Translations under genes and position numbers: made by a program
Shown here: positions 1 to 9,564 of the stretch, piece by piece
Layout of the letters: each line of letters starts with the position of its first letter
Position numbering within the stretch: the stretch's first letter is position 1
Source of the DNA: an uncultured Bdellovibrionales bacterium
GTDB lineage: Bacteria > Patescibacteriota > Minisyncoccia > Moranbacterales > UBA2206
Assembly: GCA_964538685.1 (NCBI GenBank)
Contig: CAZIFD010000002.1
Coordinates: 77,255 to 141,254 of the forward strand
Length of the DNA: 64,000 nucleotides
Direction: 5' to 3'
Notes under the pieces: generated by a model
The model's database searches: none
What the model saw: only the letters and a program-made list of their open reading frames with translations
What the model was told of the DNA's origin: nothing

Positions 1-1065
1 TCACCGGAAGAATATCCGCAAATCTTGGGTGAGATAAAAATTCTTAGTGGCATCAAAACCGAAGTAAGACAAGGAGTGATAGACAGCCGTTTCCGAATTG
101 AAATTGACAAAGATGTTGAGGGAGCAACTGATTCCAAGGTTGATATTCGTCTTTCCATAATTTTAGGCGGTTATGGAGAAACGGCTACAATGCGACTTCT
201 CAATCAAGGGGCTATCGCCGTTCAAATGAAAGATCTGGGAATCAGAGAAGAGAATCTAGAAAAACTGGAAGAAGAAATCAAAAAGCCCAATGGAATTATT
301 CTCAATACCGGACCGACTGGCAGTGGAAAAACCACTACTCTTTACAGTATTTTATCAAAACTCAATAAACCGGACATAAAAATCATTACCGTTGAAGATC
401 CGATTGAATATCAGCTGGAAGGCATCCTTCAAACTCCGGTCAATGAAAAAGAAGGTTATACTTTCGCCACCGCTCTTCGCGCCCTTCTTCGCCAAAATCC
501 CGATATCTTAATGATTGGTGAAATCCGAGATGATGAAACCGCCCAAATCGCCACTCAAGCCGCTCTCACTGGGCATCTGGTTCTTTCTACACTGCATACT
601 AACAATGCCTCCTCTTCCATTCAAAGACTTAGTAATATGGGAGTATCTTTGTCCGACATCACTTCTTCTGTTAATGCTCTTATGGCTCAAAGATTGGTCA
701 GAAAACTTTGTCCGCATTGTCGGGAGGAAGTTTCGCCAACCGAAAAAGAAAGAGCTCAAATAGATTCAGTACTTAAAACATTGAGTCCTCAAAGCGGAAT
801 TAAAACTCCTCAAGACTACAAAATATGGAAGGCAAAAGGTTGCTCTGAATGCAACAATATCGGCTACAAAGGCCGAGAAACTATCAGCGAAGTTTTGGTT
901 CTTGACAGAGAAATGGAAGATCTCATCAATCAAGGCGCCACCCCGGGTCAAATTCAGGATAAAGCCGTTGAAAAAGGAATGATTACTATGGCTCAAGACG
1001 GGATTTTGAAAGTCTTAGAAGGAAAAACCGCACTTGAAGAAATAGAAAGAACAACAGAACTATAA
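1..1065 (+). CDS. pilB: Type II/IV secretion / type IV pilus assembly ATPase (GspE/PilB family), 5'-truncated by window edge
   Basis: Reading frame is open from base 1. Walker A GPTGSGKTTT, Asp box DILMIGEIRD, His box LSTLHTN and a C-terminal tetracysteine CPHC...CSEC typical of PilB/GspE (absent in PilT). Terminator hairpin follows at 1086-1108. Confidence 0.85.
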   Translation, partial: SPEEYPQILGEIKILSGIKTEVRQGVIDSRFRIEIDKDVEGATDSKVDIRLSIILGGYGETATMRLLNQGAIAVQMKDLGIREENLEKLEEEIKKPNGIILNTGPTGSGKTTTLYSILSKLNKPDIKIITVEDPIEYQLEGILQTPVNEKEGYTFATALRALLRQNPDILMIGEIRDDETAQIATQAALTGHLVLSTLHTNNASSSIQRLSNMGVSLSDITSSVNALMAQRLVRKLCPHCREEVSPTEKERAQIDSVLKTLSPQSGIKTPQDYKIWKAKGCSECNNIGYKGRETISEVLVLDREMEDLINQGATPGQIQDKAVEKGMITMAQDGILKVLEGKTALEEIERTTEL

Positions 1066-1085
1066 AAACTATAAAAAAGAAAAAA

Positions 1086-1108
1086 GCAGACCAATTGGCC
1101 TGCTTTTT
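1086..1108 (+). terminator. Rho-independent terminator after pilB
   Basis: Hairpin GCAGACC-AATT-GGCCTGC followed by TTTTT. Confidence 0.6.
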
Positions 1109-1401
1109 ATTGCTTCAAACACTAATCTGTAGACAAAATCTCGGAATTTAGAACCCCGAGGAAGGAACAGTGCCGAGGAACAATCCAGCCGAAACCGAAC
1201 TGCCCATATCTGGGCAAAAAAGTTCCCAAATTTTGAGGACAAAAGATAGAAATCCCCAAATTGTCTACAGTTTACTGCTAGTCATTATGCAATCTTTAGA
1301 GAATCATAATGACTAAAAAGTCTAGCATAGTTTGAAAATTTTGTCAAGAGGGTGTAGAATTAAACTGTTAATCAAACTTATTTCCCTTTAAAAAAGCATC
1401 A

Positions 1402-2442
1402 ATGATTGTCAATTCCACTGAACAAAAAAAAATTTCTGAGACATTGAGCACTCAAGCCGACACTCCGGAAGATAAATATCTTGATACCACCCTCCGACCG
1501 CAAAACTTCTCCGAATATATCGGCCAAACTAAAATAAAGAAAAATCTTGCTATTCTTATTCAAGCCGCCCAAAAACGCCAAGAACCAATTGAACATATCC
1601 TGCTTTATGGTCCGGCCGGATTGGGAAAAACTACTCTGGCCAATATTGTCGCCAAAGAAATGGGGGCTCACATCAAAACCACTTCCGGTCCAGCCTTGGA
1701 AAAAGTTGGCGACTTCGGCTCCATTCTTACTAATCTCTCTGACGGAGATATTCTTTTTATTGATGAAATTCACCGACTCAACAAATCTATTGAAGAAATA
1801 CTTTACCCGGCAATGGAAGATTTTAAATTGGATATAATTATCGGCAAAGGACCATCCGCCAAAACTATTCAGCTTGATCTTCCTCGCTTTACACTCATTG
1901 GTGCTACCACAAAATTAGGTGCTCTTTCCAACCCACTAAGAAATCGTTTTGGTGCCACTTATCGCTTGGAATTCTATGACAACCAAGATATTGAAAAAAT
2001 AGTCCAGCGATCAGGAAGTATTTTAGGCGTCAAAATTGATTCCACCGGCCTTGCCAAGATCGCCAGTTGCTCCCGAAGAACTCCCCGGGTAGCCAATCGC
2101 CTCTTGAAAAGAGTGCGGGATTTTTCCCAAATCAAAGAATGTTCTTCCATTGACAGTGCCTTGGCGCAACAAGCATTAGAAATGATTGATGTTGATCCTG
2201 TTGGACTGGAACCATCTGATCGGCATATTCTTAAAACCATTATTGAAAAATTCAATGGCGGACCAGTTGGGCTTTCCACTATTGCTGCAGCCACTTCCGA
2301 AGAAATCCAAACCATTGAAGAAGTCTATGAGCCTTATCTCCTTCAAATTGGTTTCCTGGAAAGAACTCCCAAGGGACGCGTAGCAACTGAAAACGCCTAC
2401 AATCACCTAAAAATAGCTTTTAATAAAAATAAACTACTCTAA
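1402..2442 (+). CDS. ruvB: Holliday junction branch-migration helicase RuvB
   Basis: AAA+ motifs LLYGPAGLGKTTLANIVAKEMG, Walker B ILFIDEIHRL, and a RuvB C-terminal winged helix. Confidence 0.95.
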   Translation: MIVNSTEQKKISETLSTQADTPEDKYLDTTLRPQNFSEYIGQTKIKKNLAILIQAAQKRQEPIEHILLYGPAGLGKTTLANIVAKEMGAHIKTTSGPALEKVGDFGSILTNLSDGDILFIDEIHRLNKSIEEILYPAMEDFKLDIIIGKGPSAKTIQLDLPRFTLIGATTKLGALSNPLRNRFGATYRLEFYDNQDIEKIVQRSGSILGVKIDSTGLAKIASCSRRTPRVANRLLKRVRDFSQIKECSSIDSALAQQALEMIDVDPVGLEPSDRHILKTIIEKFNGGPVGLSTIAAATSEEIQTIEEVYEPYLLQIGFLERTPKGRVATENAYNHLKIAFNKNKLL

Positions 2443-2446
2443 ATTT

Positions 2447-2662
2447 ATGAATATTTTTGTTTTGGGAACTTATGCTTTGGCGCTTTTGGTTTTTATTTTG
2501 GTTTGTCTTTTTATTATTTATCATCTGGAAAAATATTCCATTCATCCGGAAATGAAGTTTTTTTCGTTAGTTTTTTTCTCCTTGATTTCTATTATATTTT
2601 TGATTATTAATGTAGGTTTGTTTTTTTCCATTGATTGGAATTTTATTTCTAATTATTTTTAA
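2447..2662 (+). CDS. Small hydrophobic membrane protein (two TM helices)
   Basis: 71-aa ORF, strongly hydrophobic, no recognisable motif. Confidence 0.35.
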   Translation: MNIFVLGTYALALLVFILVCLFIIYHLEKYSIHPEMKFFSLVFFSLISIIFLIINVGLFFSIDWNFISNYF

Positions 2663-2671
2663 CTCTAAAAA

Positions 2672-3250
2672 ATGAACAGATTCAGTCGTTACCATTTTCA
2701 AGGACAAAAAGCCAATGAGACTATTCTTCTTGTGCTTCATCGTCATTGGTTTGATATTTTAGTTCAGATATTTATCGTTGTGGGAATGCTTTTTCTTTTG
2801 GGAATTTCTTCTTTTTATTTTCCTTCCATTTTCCCCCGATTGGAAATGCTGGCTGGAGAAAATATATTTATTTTTTTTGAAATTTCTTTTCTGATGTTTA
2901 TTTGGCTGGTTTTTTTCATAATCTGGGTAGATTATTATTTTGATATTTGGATTGTCACCAACAAACGAATCGTTAATATTGAACAGCGAGGTCTTTTTGT
3001 TCGTGATGTAAGTGAATTGGAGCTGGAAAATATTCAAGACATCACCACTGAAGTTAAAGGAATTATCCCTACTATGCTTAATTATGGAGATGTTTTTGTT
3101 CAAACGGCAGCTGAAAGAGAAAGGTTTATTTTTCACAACATTCCCGATCCATATAAAGTCAAAGATTTGGTTATGAATCTTCAGGAAAAGGCTGAAAAAG
3201 AAGAAGCCAAAGATTTTAGCAGGATATTTCGGAAAAACATACCTCAATAA
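2672..3250 (+). CDS. Membrane protein with bacterial PH-like (YdbS/YdbT-type) domain
   Basis: N-terminal TM hairpin followed by WIVTNKRIVNIEQRG...ELENIQDI...YGDVFVQTA, resembling bPH_2 domains. Confidence 0.45.
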   Translation: MNRFSRYHFQGQKANETILLVLHRHWFDILVQIFIVVGMLFLLGISSFYFPSIFPRLEMLAGENIFIFFEISFLMFIWLVFFIIWVDYYFDIWIVTNKRIVNIEQRGLFVRDVSELELENIQDITTEVKGIIPTMLNYGDVFVQTAAERERFIFHNIPDPYKVKDLVMNLQEKAEKEEAKDFSRIFRKNIPQ

Positions 3251-3276
3251 AAAAATTTTAATAAACACAAAGGAGG

Positions 3277-5136
3277 GTGCAAAAAAAAGGAGGGACATTT
3301 TTTTGTTTGTGTAAAAAAAGATTTTACTTGATAACAGTCTTTTTCTTTTGGTGTCTTTTTACTTCTTCAACACTTGGGCAAGAACCTACCCTTAGAATTA
3401 ATGAGGTTTATCCTTATCCCGACTCCGGAGAAGAAGAGTTTGTAGAAATTAAAAATTTTGGAACTACCGAAATCAATCTTAGAGATTGGACCATCAAAGA
3501 TGCCGGGAACCACAAATATAAAATAACTGAAGATATTTTTCTCGGTCCGGATTCGGTTGTATTTTTCAGAAGAAATTTTTATCTCAACAATACCGGAACT
3601 GAATCCGTTTTTCTGGTTGACCCAAGTGGCGAAGAAAAAGATGGGGTTCTTTTTGAAAATGCCAGAAAAGGCTTTTCTTGGAACTTGTTTAGCTCTGGTT
3701 GGAACTGGAATTCTCCCAGTCCGGGAGAAGAAAATCCAGAAGAAGAAGAAGAAGAAGAAGAAGAAGAAGAAGACGCTGTTTATTCTTCTCAAATCAGAAT
3801 CAATGAAATATTGCCAAATCCCGAGAAAGACGAAAATAAAAATGAATACATAGAACTTCATAATTATTCTCAAGAAACAATCAGTCTTGCCAGTTGGATT
3901 ATCAAAGATTCTTCAAAAAATGGAACTTATATTTTCCCGGAAGAAACTCGCATTGATCCAGGAGAATTTTTAGCAATCTACCGAACCGATTTTAATTTCG
4001 CTTTAAACAATTCAGATGAATCGGTTTTTCTTTTTAATCCCAAAAATGAATTGGTTTCCGAAATTTCTTTTAAATCTTCCGCTCCGGAAAATGCTTCTTA
4101 CAATTTTTTAGATGAAAAATCTTGGTTTTGGAGCGGTTTTTTGACTCCCGGGGAAGAAAATCAATTTGAAGATTTCCCCGAATATTCAATTAGTCTTCCA
4201 AAAAATGTTTTTCAAAAAATCTATGCTGAATTTGGAGTAGAAAGCGAAAATAAGACTTTGAAATTCACCTGGGATTTTGGTGATGGGAAAAAATCATCCC
4301 AACAAGAAGTTCGCCATAAATACGAAAAAACTGGGGACTACAAATTAAAACTAAAAATAAAAACGCCAACTCAAGAAAAAGAGGAAGTTTTTCTTCTTGA
4401 AGTTTCCAAATTTAAAAACAAAGACATAGAGATGATAGCCATTCTCCCCAACCCAAAAGGCACTGATTCAAAAAACGAATGGATTGAAATCAAAAATAAT
4501 GGAAAGAAAAAAATTAATCTCAAAAATTGGTACATCGCCACCGGCAGTGAAAAATTGATCAATCATCCCATTCAAGAAGATTTTTCCATTAAACCAGGAA
4601 AAACCAAACGACTCTTTCAAGAAGTTTGTGCCTTTTCTCTGGGAAACCAAGAAGGAAAAATAGAATTAAGGTATCCCGATGGTGAAACGGCCGAGAATGT
4701 GGAATATGAAAAAGAGAAAATTGAGGAAGAAGAAGTTTACCAAAAAACCAAGTCTGGTTGGCAATGGAAAAAAATCTCAGCCGACATCAAACCATCCACC
4801 GAAACAACTAAGGAAAACATCAAAAAAGAAACTGAACAAGAAACTGAAGAAATTGAAACAGAATCAAACAAAAGCAATCCTTTCCAAGATTTTTCTCAAT
4901 TTTGGGGAATGTCTTCCCGGGAAGAAGAAACAAAAGAATCTAAAAAAGAAAAATACTTTCAACTTTTAACCAAAAAAAATCTCAACACCAAAAACATAGC
5001 TTTCTTTCAAAAAAATCCTCCTTTGTTAAAAATTAAAAATATTTATTTATTCAATCATCCCAATAAACAAATTCATTGGTTAAAAATCTTTCGTCAAAAG
5101 ACCAATCTTTTTGCCAGAAAATTATTTTCTGTTTGA
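3277..5136 (+). CDS. Secreted lamin-tail-domain (LTD) protein with PKD-like domain and poly-Glu linker
   Basis: Signal peptide. Three LTD-like modules (INEVYPYPDSGEEEFVEIKN; INEILPNPEKDENKNEYIELHN; IAILPNPKGTDSKNEWIEIKNNG). PKD-like WDFGDG motif. E12 tract encoded by (GAA)12. Lys-rich low-complexity tail. Confidence 0.6.
   Translation: MQKKGGTFFCLCKKRFYLITVFFFWCLFTSSTLGQEPTLRINEVYPYPDSGEEEFVEIKNFGTTEINLRDWTIKDAGNHKYKITEDIFLGPDSVVFFRRNFYLNNTGTESVFLVDPSGEEKDGVLFENARKGFSWNLFSSGWNWNSPSPGEENPEEEEEEEEEEEDAVYSSQIRINEILPNPEKDENKNEYIELHNYSQETISLASWIIKDSSKNGTYIFPEETRIDPGEFLAIYRTDFNFALNNSDESVFLFNPKNELVSEISFKSSAPENASYNFLDEKSWFWSGFLTPGEENQFEDFPEYSISLPKNVFQKIYAEFGVESENKTLKFTWDFGDGKKSSQQEVRHKYEKTGDYKLKLKIKTPTQEKEEVFLLEVSKFKNKDIEMIAILPNPKGTDSKNEWIEIKNNGKKKINLKNWYIATGSEKLINHPIQEDFSIKPGKTKRLFQEVCAFSLGNQEGKIELRYPDGETAENVEYEKEKIEEEEVYQKTKSGWQWKKISADIKPSTETTKENIKKETEQETEEIETESNKSNPFQDFSQFWGMSSREEETKESKKEKYFQLLTKKNLNTKNIAFFQKNPPLLKIKNIYLFNHPNKQIHWLKIFRQKTNLFARKLFSV
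3736..3771 (+). repeat. (GAA)12 trinucleotide microsatellite inside the LTD gene
   Basis: Perfect GAA x12 encoding poly-Glu. Confidence 0.9.
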
Positions 5137-5235
5137 AATTACCGTCCTAAAATGCTAGACTTGATTTAAAATGATAATTTAATTTGGACTTTAATATGAT
5201 TTTTTTTCATATTCTATGTTTCATTTTTACGAACT

Positions 5236-5949
5236 ATGTCAGGACACTCTCATTGGGCCGGAATCAAACACAGAAAAGGACTTAACGACGCTAAAAAAGG
5301 TAAAATTTTCACCAAACACGGAAAAATGATTACCATTGCTTCTCGTGACGGAGGAAGTAATCCGGAAATGAATTTTTCATTGCGTCTTGCTATTGACCGG
5401 GCAAAGGTTGACAATATGCCCAAAGAAAACATTGAGAGAGCAATCAAACGAGGTACCGGAGAACTTAAGGGTGAAGAAATTCAGGAAATAATCTATGAAG
5501 CTATGGGACCGGGAAATATAATGATGATCATCAAAACAGCTACTGACAACCGAAACCGCACTGTGAGCGAAGTCAAATCTATTCTCACCAAAGCCGGAGG
5601 AAAAATGGGAGAAATAGGGAGTGTAATGTGGAATTTTGAAAAAATTGGAAAAATAACCGTAAAACTTAACAACACAGAACCGGAGGAAATTGAACTGTTA
5701 GCGATTGAATCGGGTGCCAATGACACTAAACTTGAAGATGAATCATTGTTAATTTTCACTGAGATAGAAAAATTAAAATCAATAGAAAACATTTTACAAG
5801 AAAAAGGACTTGAAATAACTGATTCTTCTATTGTTTATCTTCCTAAAAACACCACTTCTATTGATGAAAAAACTCAAGAAAATTATGAAAAACTACTGGA
5901 AACACTGGATGATCAAGATGATGTAGAAGAAATTTTTGATAATTTATAG
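5236..5949 (+). CDS. yebC: YebC/PmpR family DNA-binding transcriptional regulator
   Basis: N-terminus MSGHSHWAGIKHRKG is diagnostic of YebC/TACO1. Confidence 0.9.
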   Translation: MSGHSHWAGIKHRKGLNDAKKGKIFTKHGKMITIASRDGGSNPEMNFSLRLAIDRAKVDNMPKENIERAIKRGTGELKGEEIQEIIYEAMGPGNIMMIIKTATDNRNRTVSEVKSILTKAGGKMGEIGSVMWNFEKIGKITVKLNNTEPEEIELLAIESGANDTKLEDESLLIFTEIEKLKSIENILQEKGLEITDSSIVYLPKNTTSIDEKTQENYEKLLETLDDQDDVEEIFDNL

Positions 5950-5958
5950 TTCAAAAAA

Positions 5959-6519
5959 ATGGAACGCAAATATCCAATCAAAAATATAATCCTTCCCAAA
6001 AAAGGATTATCCCCGGATTTGTGTTCCAATCCGCGTGTTTTGGGAATTGATCCCGGAACTGCTATCGTTGGCTGGGCAATTTTAGAAGAAAAAAAGGGAG
6101 AATTAAAATCAATTGCCTTTGGACACATCACTACCTCCCCTCAAAAAACCGACGAAGCAAGGCTTTTGGAGATTTCCCAGGATTTGGAAAAAATAATCAA
6201 AAAATACCAACCGCAAGAAGCAGCGATTGAAAAATTATTTTTTTTTAAAAACCAAAAAACCATAATTGAAGTAGCTCAAGCCCGAGGAGCAATCATCTTG
6301 ACTTTAAGCCGAAAATGTATTAGAATAACCAGTTATACTCCCCTCCAAATAAAGCAAGCTATAACCGGGTATGGCAAAGCCGAAAAAAAACAAGTCCAAG
6401 AAATGACCAAAAACTTGCTTCATCTCAAAAACATTCCCCAGCCGGATGACACTGCCGATGCTATCTCTACCGCTATTTGTCATCTCAATAGTAGAAAATT
6501 AAACAATCTAACCCGTTAA
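5959..6519 (+). CDS. ruvC: Holliday junction resolvase RuvC
   Basis: VLGIDPGTAIVGWAIL catalytic Asp region; RuvC size; sits between yebC and ruvB-type context. Confidence 0.85.
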   Translation: MERKYPIKNIILPKKGLSPDLCSNPRVLGIDPGTAIVGWAILEEKKGELKSIAFGHITTSPQKTDEARLLEISQDLEKIIKKYQPQEAAIEKLFFFKNQKTIIEVAQARGAIILTLSRKCIRITSYTPLQIKQAITGYGKAEKKQVQEMTKNLLHLKNIPQPDDTADAISTAICHLNSRKLNNLTR

Positions 6520-6575
6520 AAATTAATCTTGACCGGTTTTCTTAAAAAACCTGTTATTGATTTATTCAAAATATT

Positions 6576-7232
6576 ATGGAGATAAGCCTAAGTCCTGTCA
6601 TTAAATTTTTCCTTTTTCAAGGAGTTCCTTTTGATACGGTAATGTTAATTTTGGTTTTACCTATCATCGCCACTTTCATTTCTTTTTTGCGACAAGTTGT
6701 CGGAATCAAAGCTTTTGGACTCTATACTCCTCTCATTATCACTTTTGCCTTTTTGGCTACCAATGGGGTTAAATACGGAATCGCCATTTTCATCTCTGTT
6801 ATTCTTACCGGAATGTTGATGAGATTTGTCCTAAAACCTTTTCGTTTACTTTACCTCCCAAGAGTAGCTATTACGGTTACTATTGTAGCCTTGGTTATTC
6901 TTGGAATTTTGGCTTTTGGAGGATCAATGAGAAGAACTGGCTTGGCAGCCGTTTCTATTTTTCCTATCTTAATTATGATTACCCTAACAGAAAAATTTGT
7001 CACTGTTCAAATTGAAAAAGGCAACAAAACTGCCATAATTTTAGCCTTTGAAACTATGTTAATTTCAATCATCGGCTACTACATCGCCAGTTCAAGCGCT
7101 TTTATTATGTTTTTAGCCAGATACCCCTGGACAGTGCTTCTCACCATTCCTCTTAATATTATTTTTGGCAAATGGACAGGACTTCGCATCAAGGAATATT
7201 TTAGATTCAAGGAAATTATCAAAAAAATGTAA
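6576..7232 (+). CDS. Polytopic (about 6-7 TM) membrane protein, first gene of the ATP-grasp operon. It may correspond to the 7TM module that partners RimK-like ligases.
   Basis: 218 aa, alternating hydrophobic helices. Immediately upstream of, and co-oriented with, three ATP-grasp genes. Confidence 0.45.
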   Translation: MEISLSPVIKFFLFQGVPFDTVMLILVLPIIATFISFLRQVVGIKAFGLYTPLIITFAFLATNGVKYGIAIFISVILTGMLMRFVLKPFRLLYLPRVAITVTIVALVILGILAFGGSMRRTGLAAVSIFPILIMITLTEKFVTVQIEKGNKTAIILAFETMLISIIGYYIASSSAFIMFLARYPWTVLLTIPLNIIFGKWTGLRIKEYFRFKEIIKKM

Positions 7233-7244
7233 CTTCTATAAACT

Positions 7245-8651
7245 ATGTTTGATTTTTTTAGAAAAGGCCAGAAAATATTGGGAATGAATTCCAGAAATTT
7301 GGAGTTTATTCGGCCTTATAATCGCAAAAAGGCAAAACGATTAGCTGACGACAAATTGCTTAGCAAAAAAATTCTTACCAAACACAACTTAGCAGTTCCA
7401 AAACTAATTGCTAAAATAAGAACTGCTCAAGAATTGGATGATTTTAATTGGGAAAATTTGCCGGAAAGCTTTGCCTTGAAACCCAGTAGAGGATTTGGTG
7501 GTGAAGGAATTTTGGTTGTTTATGGAAAAAGAAAGGGTCATACTGATGAGTGGGTAAAAGCTGATCGTTCTTATGTTACTACTTCCGATCTTAAAACTCA
7601 TATAAGAAACATTTTAGATGGGTCATATTCGCTTTCCAATACTCCCGACACGGCTTTTTTTGAAGAAAGATTAACCTTGCTTAAACTTTTTAAACCCTAT
7701 TCTTTCAAAGGTATTCCCGATATCAGAGTAATCATTTACAATAAAGTACCGGTAATGGCAATGCTTCGTCTTCCCACCAAAGAATCGGGTGGTAAAGCCA
7801 ATCTCCAACAGGGTGCTATTGGTGTAGGTATTGATTTGGCTACCGGCACCACCACTACGGCTGTTCAGGGAAAATCCAAAATCATTGAGTATGTTCCGGA
7901 AACTCGCCTTCTTCTTTCAGGAATTAAAATTCCCTATTGGAAAGATATTTTATTTCTTGCTTCAAAAGCTCAAGAAATTTCCAAGTTGGGTTTTTTGGGA
8001 GCCGATATCGCTATTGATAAAGAAAGGGGTCCCGTGATTCTTGAACTTAATGCTCGCCCAGGACTTTCTATTCAAGTTGCTAACTTGTCCGGACTCAAAG
8101 AAAGATTACATCGCGTCAAGGGTCTAAAAATCAAAACCCTTGAAAGAGGGGTGCGAGTCGGCATGGATCTTTTTGGAGGAGAAATTGAAGAAGAACTGGA
8201 AGAAATTTCCGGAAAAAAAGTGATTGGAATAACAGAAAAAATTAAATTAATTGGCAAAAACGGCAAGGAGATTGAACTAGATGCCAAGATTGATACGGGC
8301 GCTTTTTCATCATCCATAGATACTGAGTTAGCAAAAGAATTAGGTTTTGAAAATGTAATAGATTTTTTCAATTCAATAAATTTGCCCTGTGGATTCACCC
8401 GAGAAGAAGCGCGAACAGTTGAAGATGATTTGCGAAAAAAATATTTAAATCAATGCCCGGACTTGGCAGATATTGTGATTATTTATTCCTCTCATGGCGT
8501 TTCCATCAGACCAAAAATATGGATAGAATTTATCCTAGATAATATATCTATCAGAACTCAGGTTAATATTGTAGAAAGATCAGGCTTAAAAAAAAGCATG
8601 TTGATTGGAAAGAAAAATTTAGGAAAATTTTTAATTGATGTAAATAAATGA
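7245..8651 (+). CDS. ATP-grasp amidoligase (alpha-L-glutamate-ligase-related, RimK-like N-terminal region) fused to C-terminal retropepsin-like aspartic peptidase domain
   Basis: N-terminus LGMNSRNLEFIRPYNRKKAKRLADDKLLSKKIL. ATP-grasp motifs KPSRGFGGEGILVV and ILELNARPGL. C-terminal AKIDTGAFSSSID has the DTGA aspartic-protease signature. Stop overlaps the next start (ATGA). Confidence 0.65.
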   Translation: MFDFFRKGQKILGMNSRNLEFIRPYNRKKAKRLADDKLLSKKILTKHNLAVPKLIAKIRTAQELDDFNWENLPESFALKPSRGFGGEGILVVYGKRKGHTDEWVKADRSYVTTSDLKTHIRNILDGSYSLSNTPDTAFFEERLTLLKLFKPYSFKGIPDIRVIIYNKVPVMAMLRLPTKESGGKANLQQGAIGVGIDLATGTTTTAVQGKSKIIEYVPETRLLLSGIKIPYWKDILFLASKAQEISKLGFLGADIAIDKERGPVILELNARPGLSIQVANLSGLKERLHRVKGLKIKTLERGVRVGMDLFGGEIEEELEEISGKKVIGITEKIKLIGKNGKEIELDAKIDTGAFSSSIDTELAKELGFENVIDFFNSINLPCGFTREEARTVEDDLRKKYLNQCPDLADIVIIYSSHGVSIRPKIWIEFILDNISIRTQVNIVERSGLKKSMLIGKKNLGKFLIDVNK

Positions 8652-9559
8652 AAACCGTATTGACCCTTTATAAGCAAAATTTTTCCAGCGATATGCTTCA
8701 GAGATCCGAAGATCTCTATTCATTTCTCGGAAAAAATGGAATCACTCTTTGCCGAGGATTAATTTCCGATTTTAACGAAAAAACAGGAGTTTTCAAAAAA
8801 GCTATCTTTTTTGAAAATAAACGATGGGTATGGAAGAAAAATGTAAAGCCTGATTTGATATATGACCGTTCTATTTTAAATGTTCCACCAAAACAATACC
8901 AAAAAAGAATTATCCTTGAAAAAACTTATCCCTTTTTTAATAATTTAAAAATCAAAAACTTGTTGACCAATAAATGGTTAACCTATTTAAAGTTTAAAAA
9001 GTATTGCCCAAAAACAATCCTAGTTGAAAAAAGAGCGGATCTAAAAAAAATATCTTCTTTAAGTTCCAAAACAATCATTGTAAAGCCTCTCTTTGGCGCA
9101 AAAGGAATTGGAATAAAAGTATTGGCAAAAAAAGATTTTACTCCCATAAAATATCCCTTCATTGTTCAAGAGTTTATTGATTCTTCTTCTGGAATTAAGG
9201 GACTTGTTAATGGAATACACGATCTTAGGATTATGGTAAAAAACAACAAGCCATTTCATTTCTTTCTTCGTATTCCATCTAAAAACAGCCTTGTCGCAAA
9301 TCTAAGCCAAGGAGGAAAAATAAAATTATTAAATGAAAAGGATATTCCATCAAATGTCATGCTTATGGCAAAAGAAATAATAAATGTCATAAAACCATTA
9401 AGCACCAAAAATCTATATTCCATAGATCTTCTTTTGGATAAAAATGGAACTCCGTGGATAATAGAATTAAATGCTCAACCGGGAATTGTCCTAGAAAAAG
9501 AAGAATTGAAAAACAAACAATTTTACTATAAAAATATTATTGATTTATTTTTAAATTAA
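8648..9559 (+). CDS. ATP-grasp ligase, RimK-like
   Basis: IIVKPLFGAKGIGIKVL, DLRIMV, WIIELNAQPGI ATP-grasp signature blocks. Confidence 0.6.
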   Translation: MKTVLTLYKQNFSSDMLQRSEDLYSFLGKNGITLCRGLISDFNEKTGVFKKAIFFENKRWVWKKNVKPDLIYDRSILNVPPKQYQKRIILEKTYPFFNNLKIKNLLTNKWLTYLKFKKYCPKTILVEKRADLKKISSLSSKTIIVKPLFGAKGIGIKVLAKKDFTPIKYPFIVQEFIDSSSGIKGLVNGIHDLRIMVKNNKPFHFFLRIPSKNSLVANLSQGGKIKLLNEKDIPSNVMLMAKEIINVIKPLSTKNLYSIDLLLDKNGTPWIIELNAQPGIVLEKEELKNKQFYYKNIIDLFLN

Positions 9560-9564
9560 ACTTT

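Noticed and set aside
508-996. Several 76-83-aa ORFs inside pilB on both strands
   Set aside because: They are nested within a well-supported ATPase gene and have no motifs.
3736-3771. Regular short repeat, possible CRISPR-like array
   Set aside because: It is a simple trinucleotide microsatellite within a CDS with no spacers. No CRISPR arrays were seen anywhere in the window.
3367-3873. 168-aa minus-strand ORF with an F11 run
   Set aside because: It is antisense to the (GAA)12 tract of the LTD gene. Poly-Phe is a complement artefact.
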